Shown: piece after piece, positions 8,516 through 16,302 of the stretch | How positions within the stretch are numbered: position 1 is the stretch's first letter | Layout of the letters: every line of letters starts with the position of its first letter | Assembly: GCA_044508445.1 (NCBI GenBank) | Contig: JBIQHQ010000003.1 | Span: 37,696-101,695, forward strand | DNA: 64,000 bases | DNA from: Deinococcaceae bacterium | GTDB taxonomy: Bacteria > Deinococcota > Deinococci > Deinococcales > Trueperaceae | Direction: 5' to 3' | Translations under genes and position numbers: made by a program | The notes under the pieces: model-generated | What the model was told of the DNA's origin: nothing | Seen by the model: the letters and a program-made list of their open reading frames with translations, nothing else | Databases searched by the model: none

Positions 8516-10111
8516 ATGACCAACGACGTGTCGATGGCCGTGGGCGAAGCCATGCGCCTCGTGCGGCGTGGGCTGAGCCTCGGCGTGGTGCTGGCCGTCG
8601 TCTTCGGCCTCGCCGCCTTCCTGTGGTCGCAGGGGCAGGCCCCTGTCTACGAGGCGGAGGCCACGGTGCTCGTGTCCTCCTCCACGGCCGACTTCCGCTC
8701 GTTCGGCGTGTCGCCCTTCGTGGCGCCGGCCATCGACGCCAGCGCCTACGAGGTGGCCGGCCGCAGCGACGCCGTGGCGCAGGCCGCGCAGGCAGCGCTG
8801 GGCGAGCAGGACCGGCCGCCCTCGGCGATCCGCTCGCAGTACAGGGTGTCGTCGCGCGACGACGGCACCTCGGCGCTGCTCACGGTCACGGGCCGCGCCG
8901 GCTCCCCGGAGCGCGCGGCCGGCGTGGCGAACGCCGTGGCCTCGGCGCTCGTCGCCTGGGACGTCGAGCGCGCCACCCGCAGCGTGGGCCAGGTCGTGGA
9001 GGCCCTCGAGCAGCAGATCGCCGCGCTCACCGAGCAGGTGAGGGCGCTGCAGGCCCTCGGCGACCCCGACCGGCAGTCGGAGATCGACGGCCTCATCTCG
9101 CTGCGCGCCCAGCAGCAGCAGTCGCTGGCAGTGGCGCGCGCGATGGGCGTGTCGGCGATAGGCAGGCTCGAGATCATCCAGCAGGCCGTGCCTAGCGCCT
9201 CGCCGGTGGCGCCCCGCCCGCTGGTCAACGCGCTGCTCGCCGCGCTCGCCGGCCTCGTGGTGGCCTACGGCGTCGTGATCATGCGCTCGCTCATGAACAC
9301 GCGCATCACCGACGTCGGCGAGGTCGAGGCCGTCTCCGGCGTGCCCATCCTGGCCGAGTTCCAGCGCCTCTCCAAGCCGGGGCGGCGCTTCCCCCGCGAG
9401 GCCGCCAGCTACCTGCGGACCGGCGTGCTCTTCGCCACCGCCGACGCCTCGCCCCGCGTGATCCTGGTGACGAGCGGGCGCTCGGGCGAGGGCAAGTCGG
9501 CCGTGGCCCTGAACCTCGCCGAGAGCTTCGCCCGCAACGACTACCGCACGCTGCTGGTCGACGCCGACCTCAGGCAGCCCGTGCTGTTCCAGGAGTACGG
9601 GCTGAGGCGCGGCCAGGCGTCGGAGCTCCTCGACTTCCTGCGCGACCCCGACGGGCCGCACATGGTGGCCCGCGTGCCCCTGGGAGGACGCCAGCGCCTC
9701 GACATAGTGCCCTCGTTCCAGGTCTCGACGCAGGCGGCGGAGATCCTCGGCCGCGGCTTCCCCGCCTGCGTGAACCGCTGGGGGCACGACTACGACGTCA
9801 TCGTCGTGGACTCGCCGCCGGTGCTGGCGGTGGCCGACGCCCTCACGATCGCGCCGTCCTGCACGGGCGCCATCCTGACCGTGAGCGTCCGCAAGGCCGA
9901 CAGGCGGCCGCTGCGCGCCACCCTAGACCTGCTGGAGCGCATGGGCGTGAGGCTGCTCGGCATCGCCGCGACCATGGTCGACGAGCCGCGCCTGCGCTCG
10001 GCGGGCGGCTACGGCTACGGCTACGGCGCTCCCCAGCCCACCGAGCCCGCGGCGCCGCCGCGGCCCGAGGCGAGGGTCAGCGTGAGGCCCACCAGCACCC
10101 GCCGCGGCTGA
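8516..10111 (+). CDS. polysaccharide co-polymerase / BY-type tyrosine autokinase (Wzc-like)
   Basis: N-terminal Wzz-like domain with 2 TM segments. C-terminal P-loop kinase with Walker A (SGRSGEGKSAVA) and Walker B (YDVIVVDSPPVLAVADA). C-terminal Tyr cluster GGYGYGYG. Confidence 0.85.
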   Translation: MTNDVSMAVGEAMRLVRRGLSLGVVLAVVFGLAAFLWSQGQAPVYEAEATVLVSSSTADFRSFGVSPFVAPAIDASAYEVAGRSDAVAQAAQAALGEQDRPPSAIRSQYRVSSRDDGTSALLTVTGRAGSPERAAGVANAVASALVAWDVERATRSVGQVVEALEQQIAALTEQVRALQALGDPDRQSEIDGLISLRAQQQQSLAVARAMGVSAIGRLEIIQQAVPSASPVAPRPLVNALLAALAGLVVAYGVVIMRSLMNTRITDVGEVEAVSGVPILAEFQRLSKPGRRFPREAASYLRTGVLFATADASPRVILVTSGRSGEGKSAVALNLAESFARNDYRTLLVDADLRQPVLFQEYGLRRGQASELLDFLRDPDGPHMVARVPLGGRQRLDIVPSFQVSTQAAEILGRGFPACVNRWGHDYDVIVVDSPPVLAVADALTIAPSCTGAILTVSVRKADRRPLRATLDLLERMGVRLLGIAATMVDEPRLRSAGGYGYGYGAPQPTEPAAPPRPEARVSVRPTSTRRG

Positions 10112-10140
10112 GCCGCGGTCTCGATGCGGAGGAAGAAGCG

Positions 10141-11496
10141 TTGAACGTCACGATCATAGGCACCGGCTACGTCGGGCTCACCACCGGCACCGCGCTGGCC
10201 TACCTGGGCCACAGCGTCACCTGCGTGGACAAGCAGGAGCGCGTGGTGGAGGCCCTCGAGCGCGGCGAGCCCACGATCCACGAGGCCGGCCTCGCCGCGC
10301 TGCTGCAGGCGGCGCGCGGCAACCTCTCGTTCCGCACCGACATCCCGCCCCTCGCCGGCACCGGCGTCGTGATGATCGCCGTGGGCACCCCCTCGAAGGA
10401 GAACGGCGACGCCGACATGAGGTACGTGGACGCGGCCGCCAAGGAGGTCGCCGACCTCATCCAGGAGGGCGCCCGCCTGGTCGTCGTGAACAAGTCGACG
10501 GTGCCGGTGGGCAGCGCTCGCCACGTGGAGGGCATCATCAGGAGGTGCCTGGAGGCCCGCGGCGTGACCGCCGAGGTGCACGTGGCCTCTAACCCGGAGT
10601 TCCTGGCCGAGGGCAAGGCCGTCCACGACACCTTCTACCCGGACCGCATAGTCATAGGCGCCGACGACCCCTTCGCCGTGGGCCTGCTCCGCGAGCTCTA
10701 CCAGCCCGTCCTCGAGCAGACCTTCGAGCCGCCGCCCGGCACGCCGCGGCCCGAGCGCTACGAGCTGCCGCCGCTGATCACGACCTCTGCCACCAGCGCC
10801 GAGCTCACGAAGTACGCGGCCAACGCGTTCCTCGCCACGAAGATCAGCTTCATCAACGAGTTCTCGCAGCTCGCCGAGATGGTGGGCGCCGACATCACGG
10901 AGGTCGCCCGCGCCATAGGCCTCGACCAGCGCATAGGCCCGCGGTTCCTCCACGCCGGCATCGGCTGGGGCGGCTCCTGCTTCGGCAAGGACACCGCCGC
11001 CGTGCTGGCGCTGGCCGCCAGCTACGACTACACGATGCCGATAGTCCGCTCGGCCATCGAGGTGAACAGGCGCCAGCGCCTCTTCATCGTCGAGAAGCTG
11101 CAGCAGCACCTGAAGGTGCTGCGCGGCACGACGATCGGCCTCCTCGGCCTGGCCTTCAAGGGCAACACCGACGACCTGCGCGACTCCCCGGCGCTCACGC
11201 TCGTCGAGCAGCTCGCCGACCGCGGCGCCGTCGTCAGGGGCTACGACCCGGTGGCGATGGACAACGCCAGGCGCCTCTACCCCGAGCTGCCCGTCGAGTA
11301 CTGCCAGGACGCCGAGTGCCTGGCCATTGGCTGCGACGCGCTGGTCCTCGTCACCGACTGGCCGGAGTTCAGGCAGCTCGACCTCGCCGCCCTGAGGCGG
11401 CGCATGCGCGGCACGCTGCTCCTCGACGCCCGCAACTACCTCCAGCCGCACGCCGTGAGGGCGGCCGGGCTCGACTACGTGGGCGTGGGCCGCTGA
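10141..11496 (+). CDS. ugd: UDP-glucose 6-dehydrogenase
   Basis: NVTIIGTGYVGLTTG, GWGGSCFGKD (catalytic Cys) and FKGNTDDLRDSPA. TTG start follows GGAGGAAG. Confidence 0.9.
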   Translation: MNVTIIGTGYVGLTTGTALAYLGHSVTCVDKQERVVEALERGEPTIHEAGLAALLQAARGNLSFRTDIPPLAGTGVVMIAVGTPSKENGDADMRYVDAAAKEVADLIQEGARLVVVNKSTVPVGSARHVEGIIRRCLEARGVTAEVHVASNPEFLAEGKAVHDTFYPDRIVIGADDPFAVGLLRELYQPVLEQTFEPPPGTPRPERYELPPLITTSATSAELTKYAANAFLATKISFINEFSQLAEMVGADITEVARAIGLDQRIGPRFLHAGIGWGGSCFGKDTAAVLALAASYDYTMPIVRSAIEVNRRQRLFIVEKLQQHLKVLRGTTIGLLGLAFKGNTDDLRDSPALTLVEQLADRGAVVRGYDPVAMDNARRLYPELPVEYCQDAECLAIGCDALVLVTDWPEFRQLDLAALRRRMRGTLLLDARNYLQPHAVRAAGLDYVGVGR

Positions 11497-11506
11497 GGGC
11501 CGCGCC

Positions 11507-13366
11507 TCACCAGCCCGTGAAGGTGCCGCCCTCCGGGACCAGCGCGGCTCGCACGTGCAGGCTCATGGGGTAGTAGGCGGCCACGTCCAGGGGGCGTCCC
11601 TGTTCGTCGTAGGCGTAGCGCGCGTCGAGCGGCCTGCCGGCGCCGTCGCGCAGCACCACGAGGACCTGGGCCATGCCCTGCGACCAGTCGATGGCCGCGG
11701 CGCCCTCCATGCCCGCCACGCTCTGCGCCACGCTCACCACGCCCTCGTCCTCGAGGCGCAGGGCGCTGGGCTCGCTGCAGGCGGGCCTGACCGTGATGAG
11801 GTCGTCGGGCACCAGGCATAGCTGGACGAGCACGGGCTCGTCGGTCGGCTTGTCGAGCAGCTCCACCTGCACGTGCAGCGTGCCCCGTCCGTAGGCGCGC
11901 AGGTCGCCCACGGCGGCGGCCGGCGCCTCGAGGAACGTGAAGGCCCCCTCGCCGCCCTGCTCCACGGGCCGTGGGCTGATCGTCGCGTCCACCAGCGCCA
12001 GGGCTTGGCCGGCGGCCGCCTGCGGCTCGGGCTCGGGCCGGGGCTCCGGCTCCGGCGGCAGCGCGGCGACGGCGTCGCCGCCCGGCTCCTCGTCCGGCTC
12101 CTCGGGAGCCGGCTCGGCCACGGGCGGCTCCTCTGCGGGAGGCTCGGCCACCGGTGGCTCCTCGGCGGGAGGCTCGGCCGCGGGCGGCTCCTGGGCCGGA
12201 GGCTCCTCCGCGACCGGCGGCTCCTCCTCGGGCTGCTCCACCACGGGCGGCTCCGCCGCGGGCTGCTCGGCCTCCTCGCCGCCGGGGGGCTCCGCCGCGG
12301 GGGGCTGGTCCGCGCCGTCCGGCCGCGCGCCGACGCCCGGTCCGGGCGGCGCCTCCGCCACGGGACCCGCCGGCTCCGCCGCGGGTGGCTGCCCGCCCGG
12401 CGGAGCCAGCACGACGGGCGGCGCCTCGGCCTCGGCGGCGGCCTGCGCCTCCGCCTCGGCCTCGGCGGCCGCCTGCGCCTCCTGCGCCGCCTGGGCGGCG
12501 ACCTCGGCGGCCTGGGCCGCCGCGTCGAGCCTGGCCAGCACCGCCCGTACCTCGGCGTCGTCGGGGTCCACGCTCAGCGCCCGCTCCCACAGGCGCCGCG
12601 CCTCGTCGGCGCGGCCCAGCGCGGCGTTGGCCTGGGCCGCGCCCTTGATCGCGTCGACGAAGCCGGGGTCGCTCTGCATGGCCGCCACGTAGAGCGAGAG
12701 CGCCCCGGCCATGTTGTCCTGCGCGAACTGGCGCTCGGCGGCCAGGAACGCGTCGGCGGCGCCCAGGCCGTGCTCGGCCCCGAGCGTCGCCCTCTGCAGC
12801 GTCGGCCTGAGCTGCGGGTAGGTCTCGGCGGCGACCTCCAGGAGAGGTATCGCGCCCTCCACGTCGCCCGTCTGCAGCCTCGCCTGACCCAGGTAGGTGA
12901 CGGTGGTCAGGTCGTCCGGCACGAGGTCGTAGCTGGCTTCCAGCAGCTCCCGCGCCCGCTCCATGGCCCCGGCGGTGAAGGCCTGGTAGCCGAGCACGAG
13001 GGCGGCGCGGGCGGCGTCGGCGCGGGCGCGCGCGTCCAGCGTGCCCCCCAGCTCCAGGTACTCCTGCCACGCCTCCCAGGTCCGCGACGTCCAGCCCGTG
13101 ATGCCGTACACCTGCGCCAGGAACCGCAGCGGCTCGAGGCGGCCCGGCGCCAGCGAGCGCGCGCGCTCGCCCTGCGCTATGGCCTCGCGCCACAGGGGCT
13201 GGTCGGGGTAGTGCGCCTCGTAGGTGGCCACCGCCTCGGCCGCGGCGAGCTGGCCCGCGCGCAGCGCCTCGCTCGCCGCCTCGGGCAGGGCGCCCTGCCC
13301 CGCGGCCAGCGGCCAGGCCACCGCCAGAAGCGACAGCGCTAGGTGCTTGAGCCGGCGGTACGACAC
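11507..13366 (-). CDS. secreted TPR-repeat protein with Pro/Glu-rich linker and C-terminal domain of unknown function
   Basis: Signal peptide (RRLKHLALSLLAVAWPLAAG), then TPR-like helical repeats. A low-complexity AEPPAEEPPV repeat region follows, then a ~190-aa C-terminal domain. Start is GTG 13366 (7 nt after TAACCT) or ATG 13372. Confidence 0.7.
   Translation of the reverse strand: MSYRRLKHLALSLLAVAWPLAAGQGALPEAASEALRAGQLAAAEAVATYEAHYPDQPLWREAIAQGERARSLAPGRLEPLRFLAQVYGITGWTSRTWEAWQEYLELGGTLDARARADAARAALVLGYQAFTAGAMERARELLEASYDLVPDDLTTVTYLGQARLQTGDVEGAIPLLEVAAETYPQLRPTLQRATLGAEHGLGAADAFLAAERQFAQDNMAGALSLYVAAMQSDPGFVDAIKGAAQANAALGRADEARRLWERALSVDPDDAEVRAVLARLDAAAQAAEVAAQAAQEAQAAAEAEAEAQAAAEAEAPPVVLAPPGGQPPAAEPAGPVAEAPPGPGVGARPDGADQPPAAEPPGGEEAEQPAAEPPVVEQPEEEPPVAEEPPAQEPPAAEPPAEEPPVAEPPAEEPPVAEPAPEEPDEEPGGDAVAALPPEPEPRPEPEPQAAAGQALALVDATISPRPVEQGGEGAFTFLEAPAAAVGDLRAYGRGTLHVQVELLDKPTDEPVLVQLCLVPDDLITVRPACSEPSALRLEDEGVVSVAQSVAGMEGAAAIDWSQGMAQVLVVLRDGAGRPLDARYAYDEQGRPLDVAAYYPMSLHVRAALVPEGGTFTGW
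12111..12230 (-). repeat. degenerate 30-bp tandem repeat (3-4 units) encoding the PPAEEPPVAE linker of the TPR protein
   Basis: Plus-strand units are ggctcggccacgggcggctcctctgcggga, ggctcggccaccggtggctcctcggcggga and ggctcggccgcgggcggctcctgggccgga, plus a degenerate fourth. Confidence 0.8.
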
Positions 13367-13466
13367 GCTCATGAGGTTAGCGCCGTGCGTCACGTTGACG
13401 GGTTCACATGGGGCTGGCCTAATCATGAGCGCAAGACGCCGCCGGCTCCGGCGGCGGGATGGGTAG

Positions 13467-15083
13467 GTGCGGATGGGAAGGCTGCGAACGTTGACGGCCG
13501 CATTGGCCGTCCTGGCGCTGCTGGCGACCGGCTCGGGCCAGGACGGCGGCGGGCCCGACTGGGGTCGTCGGGCGCTGGGTCAGCTCGGCGACGCCGGTTT
13601 CGACCTGGGCTTCCCCGACGGCTCGTTCCTGGGCGAGGGCGCGGTCACCGGCTACCAGGCGGCGGTGCTCGTGGACAGGCTGCTGGCGCGCGCCGACGCC
13701 GCCACGGGCTGCACCGACGCCATGGCCGGCCTGCCCGACACGGGCTTCGCCTTCAGCGACGTCCCGGCCGACCACTGGGCCGCCGGCGCCGCGGCGCGGG
13801 TGGCCGCCCTGGGCGTCCAGGAGGCGTTCCCCGACGGACGCCTGAACGGGGACGAGTTCCTCACGGGCTTCCAGACGGCGGCGCTGATCGCCGGCGCCGT
13901 CTCGGCGGTGGACGCCAAGGTGGAGTGCGGCGAGTCGACCGTCGCCGAGCGGCTGGGCGCGATGAGCGCAGAGGTGCAGTCGCTGCGGGCCGCCATCGCC
14001 GAGGGCGCTCTGCAGGGACCCCCGGGACCGCAGGGACCGCCAGGGGAGGCGGGCCCGCCCGGGCCGCCAGGGCCGCCAGGGGAGGCCGGGCCGGCAGGTC
14101 CGCCCGGTCCCGAGGGGCCCGAGGGTCCCGCCGGTCCGCAGGGTCCGCCCGGGGAGCAGGGCCCCGCCGGTCCGGCCGGCCCCGAGGGTCCCGTTGGTCC
14201 CGCCGGACCTCCCGGCGAGGTGGGCGCCACGGGTCCGGCGGGTCCTCCGGGACCGCCGGGACCCCCGGGTCCGCAGGGCGAGGTCGGCCCCGTGGGGCCG
14301 GCAGGTCCGCCGGGACCTCCGGGCGCCGACGGCGCCCCGGGACGCGACGGCCTGGCGTGTTGGGACAGCGACGGCGACGGGGCGCCGAGCGAGGGCGAGG
14401 ACGTGGACCTCGACGGCGTCGTGGACGCGAACGACTGCGTGGGTCCGCCCGGACCGCCGGGGCCGCAGGGCGACGTCGGCCCCGCCGGACCGCCCGGACC
14501 CCCTGGACCGATGGGCCCGGCCGGTCCCGCCGGCCCGGCCGGCGAGATGGGACCGCCGGGACCGCAGGGCGAGCAGGGCCCTCCGGGGCCGCAGGGCGAC
14601 GTGGGCCCGGCCGGTCCTCCGGGCCCCGCCGGCGAGGCCGGCCCGGCGGGTCCTCCGGGTCCCGCCGGCGAGAAGGGCGACCCCGGTCCGGAGGGTCCCG
14701 CCGGACCGCAGGGCCCCGCGGGCCCCAAGGGCGACCCGGGCGAGCAGGGTCCGGCGGGCCCGAAGGGCGACAAGGGCGACAAGGGCGACCAGGGCGAGCC
14801 GGGACCGGCGGGTCCCGAGGGTCCCGCCGGACCGCAGGGCCCTGAGGGACCGCAAGGTCCGCAGGGTCCCGAGGGCCCGCCCGGCGAGTGCGACTGCCCC
14901 GCCGCCGTGGGCCAGACGGCGGCGACCGAGGAGGCGCTGCCCGCGGCGGGCTCGGCACGCGCCTACGCGGTGATCCAGGCGGTCCAGCTCGCCTGCGGCG
15001 CCGGCGGGCTGCCGCCGGGCGTCGACTACGTGATCGAGCCGCTGCCCGAGCCGGCGTTCACGGCCCGCGCACCGGACGGCTGA
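13467..15083 (+). CDS. SLH-domain collagen-like triple-helix repeat protein (paralogue A)
   Basis: Signal peptide and SLH motif [29 protein letters not shown]. Heptad-like segment after KVECGE. GXY tracts at aa 184-295 and 326-474, separated by [28 protein letters not shown]-terminal GECDCP plus a ~60-aa tail. Confidence 0.85.
   Translation: MRMGRLRTLTAALAVLALLATGSGQDGGGPDWGRRALGQLGDAGFDLGFPDGSFLGEGAVTGYQAAVLVDRLLARADAATGCTDAMAGLPDTGFAFSDVPADHWAAGAAARVAALGVQEAFPDGRLNGDEFLTGFQTAALIAGAVSAVDAKVECGESTVAERLGAMSAEVQSLRAAIAEGALQGPPGPQGPPGEAGPPGPPGPPGEAGPAGPPGPEGPEGPAGPQGPPGEQGPAGPAGPEGPVGPAGPPGEVGATGPAGPPGPPGPPGPQGEVGPVGPAGPPGPPGADGAPGRDGLACWDSDGDGAPSEGEDVDLDGVVDANDCVGPPGPPGPQGDVGPAGPPGPPGPMGPAGPAGPAGEMGPPGPQGEQGPPGPQGDVGPAGPPGPAGEAGPAGPPGPAGEKGDPGPEGPAGPQGPAGPKGDPGEQGPAGPKGDKGDKGDQGEPGPAGPEGPAGPQGPEGPQGPQGPEGPPGECDCPAAVGQTAATEEALPAAGSARAYAVIQAVQLACGAGGLPPGVDYVIEPLPEPAFTARAPDG
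14016..14351 (+). repeat. collagen-type GXY tract 1 of paralogue A (37 triplets)
   Basis: Uninterrupted Gly every third residue from aa 184 to 295 ([18 protein letters not shown]...[10 protein letters not shown]). Confidence 0.9.
14442..14888 (+). repeat. collagen-type GXY tract 2 of paralogue A (about 49 triplets)
   Basis: aa 326-474, [18 protein letters not shown]...[16 protein letters not shown]...GPPGE, followed directly by CDC. Confidence 0.9.
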
Positions 15084-15102
15084 GCACACCGGGGAGGGGA
15101 GG

Positions 15103-15133
15103 GGCGCGCGGGCCGCACATCGGTCCGCGCGCC
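15103..15133 (+). terminator. GC-rich hairpin between the two collagen-like genes (candidate intrinsic terminator)
   Basis: ggcgcgcgggcc / gcacatc / ggtccgcgcgcc gives a 12-bp stem with one G-U pair and a 7-nt loop, followed by gcttcctct. It lies 20 nt after the stop at 15083 and just before the TACCCT hexamer of the next gene. Confidence 0.5.
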
Positions 15134-15152
15134 GCTTCCTCTACCCTGGGCC

Positions 15153-16283
15153 ATGCGCAAGAGGGTCACTGGCAGGCTCGTGCCGACGGCTCTGCTCGTC
15201 GTGCTGGCAACCTTCGGGCTGACCCAGGGCGACGTCCAGTGGGGCCGCGACGCCGTGCGGGGCCTCAGCGAGGGCGGGGTGGACGTCACGTTCCCGGACG
15301 GCTCCTTCCTCGGCGAGGGCGCGCTCACCGGCTACCAGGCCGCGGTCCTCGTCGACAGGCTGCTCTCCCGCGTCGACGCCGCCACGGGCTGTCCCGACCA
15401 GCTCGTTGCCGGTCCCGTGGAGGGGTTCGCCTTCGTCGACGTTCCCGAGGACCACTGGGCCAGAGACTCGGTGGAGCGCCTGGCGACCCTGGGCGTGGCG
15501 CCGGCGTTCCCCTCGGGCGAGTTCCGCGGCGACTCGTTCCTCAGCGGCTACCAGACGGCCCTGCTCCTCGACAAGGCCCTCGACCTGGCCATGGAGAAGG
15601 TCGTCTGCGGCGAGGAGCGCCTGTACCAGCGCGTCGACGACCTGGCGGACCGGCTGCAGACAGTCCTCGACGCCATGGCGGCGGGAGAGTTCGTCGGGCC
15701 CGAGGGCCCGGCCGGTCCTCCGGGGCCCGAGGGCCCTGCCGGCGCGTCCTGCTGGGACCTCGACGGCGACGGCCGGGCCGGACCCGGCGAGGACGTGGAC
15801 GGCGACGGCGCCGTCGGTGTCCTCGACTGCCGCGGGCCCCAGGGCCCAGCGGGCCCGGCCGGCCCACAGGGACCGCAGGGGCCCAGGGGCGAGCGCGGGC
15901 CCATAGGGCTGCCGGGGGCGGACGGCGCGCCGGGCGCACCGGGGCGTCCCGGGGACCCCGGCCGCACCGGCCCGGCGGGCCCGGCCGGTCCTCCGGGCCC
16001 CGCCGGCGAGCCCGGGCTCGCCTGTTGGGACCTCGACGCCGACGGGGCGCCCGACCTGGGTGAGGACGTGGACGGCGACGGCCTGGTGGGCGTTCTCGAC
16101 TGCCGGGGCGAGCAGGGGCCCGCCGGCCCTCCGGGACCTCAGGGACCGCCCGGCCCGGCCGGCCCGGCGGGTCCGCAGGGGCCCGAGGGACCGCCGGGAC
16201 CGCAGGGCCCCGCCGGTCCGGCGGGTCCTCCCGGGCCGCAGGGTCCGCAGGGCCCCCAGGGGCCGCCCGGCGCGCCCGGCTGA
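15153..16283 (+). CDS. SLH-domain collagen-like triple-helix repeat protein (paralogue B)
   Basis: Same N-terminal architecture as 13467..15083 ([54 protein letters not shown]). Three GXY tracts are separated by two Cys-bracketed DxDxDG modules. The protein ends inside the GXY repeat. Confidence 0.85.
   Translation: MRKRVTGRLVPTALLVVLATFGLTQGDVQWGRDAVRGLSEGGVDVTFPDGSFLGEGALTGYQAAVLVDRLLSRVDAATGCPDQLVAGPVEGFAFVDVPEDHWARDSVERLATLGVAPAFPSGEFRGDSFLSGYQTALLLDKALDLAMEKVVCGEERLYQRVDDLADRLQTVLDAMAAGEFVGPEGPAGPPGPEGPAGASCWDLDGDGRAGPGEDVDGDGAVGVLDCRGPQGPAGPAGPQGPQGPRGERGPIGLPGADGAPGAPGRPGDPGRTGPAGPAGPPGPAGEPGLACWDLDADGAPDLGEDVDGDGLVGVLDCRGEQGPAGPPGPQGPPGPAGPAGPQGPEGPPGPQGPAGPAGPPGPQGPQGPQGPPGAPG
15834..16016 (+). 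repeat. collagen-type GXY tract 2 of paralogue B (20 triplets)
   Basis: aa 228-288, [28 protein letters not shown]...GEPG. A short 5-triplet tract lies at 15696-15743. Confidence 0.9.
16107..16280 (+). repeat. collagen-type GXY tract 3 of paralogue B (19 triplets, runs to the C-terminus)
   Basis: aa 319-376, [19 protein letters not shown]...[16 protein letters not shown], then the stop. Confidence 0.9.
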
Positions 16284-16302
16284 GGACCGCGCCGCGCGCG
16301 CC

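Noticed and set aside
13343-15089. Five additional long ORFs in other frames and strands across the collagen-like genes (13343..14845, 13419..15089, 13652..14782, 13861..14958, 14194..14973).
   Set aside because: GGN-CCN-CCN periodicity keeps all six frames open. Only the frame giving signal peptide, SLH motifs and strict Gly-X-Y is coherent from start to stop.
14016-16280. Possibility that the short-period repeats are a CRISPR array or non-coding satellite.
   Set aside because: The period is 9 nt or less and lies in frame within ORFs that have signal peptides. There is no repeat-spacer structure of 25-40 nt units and no cas genes.
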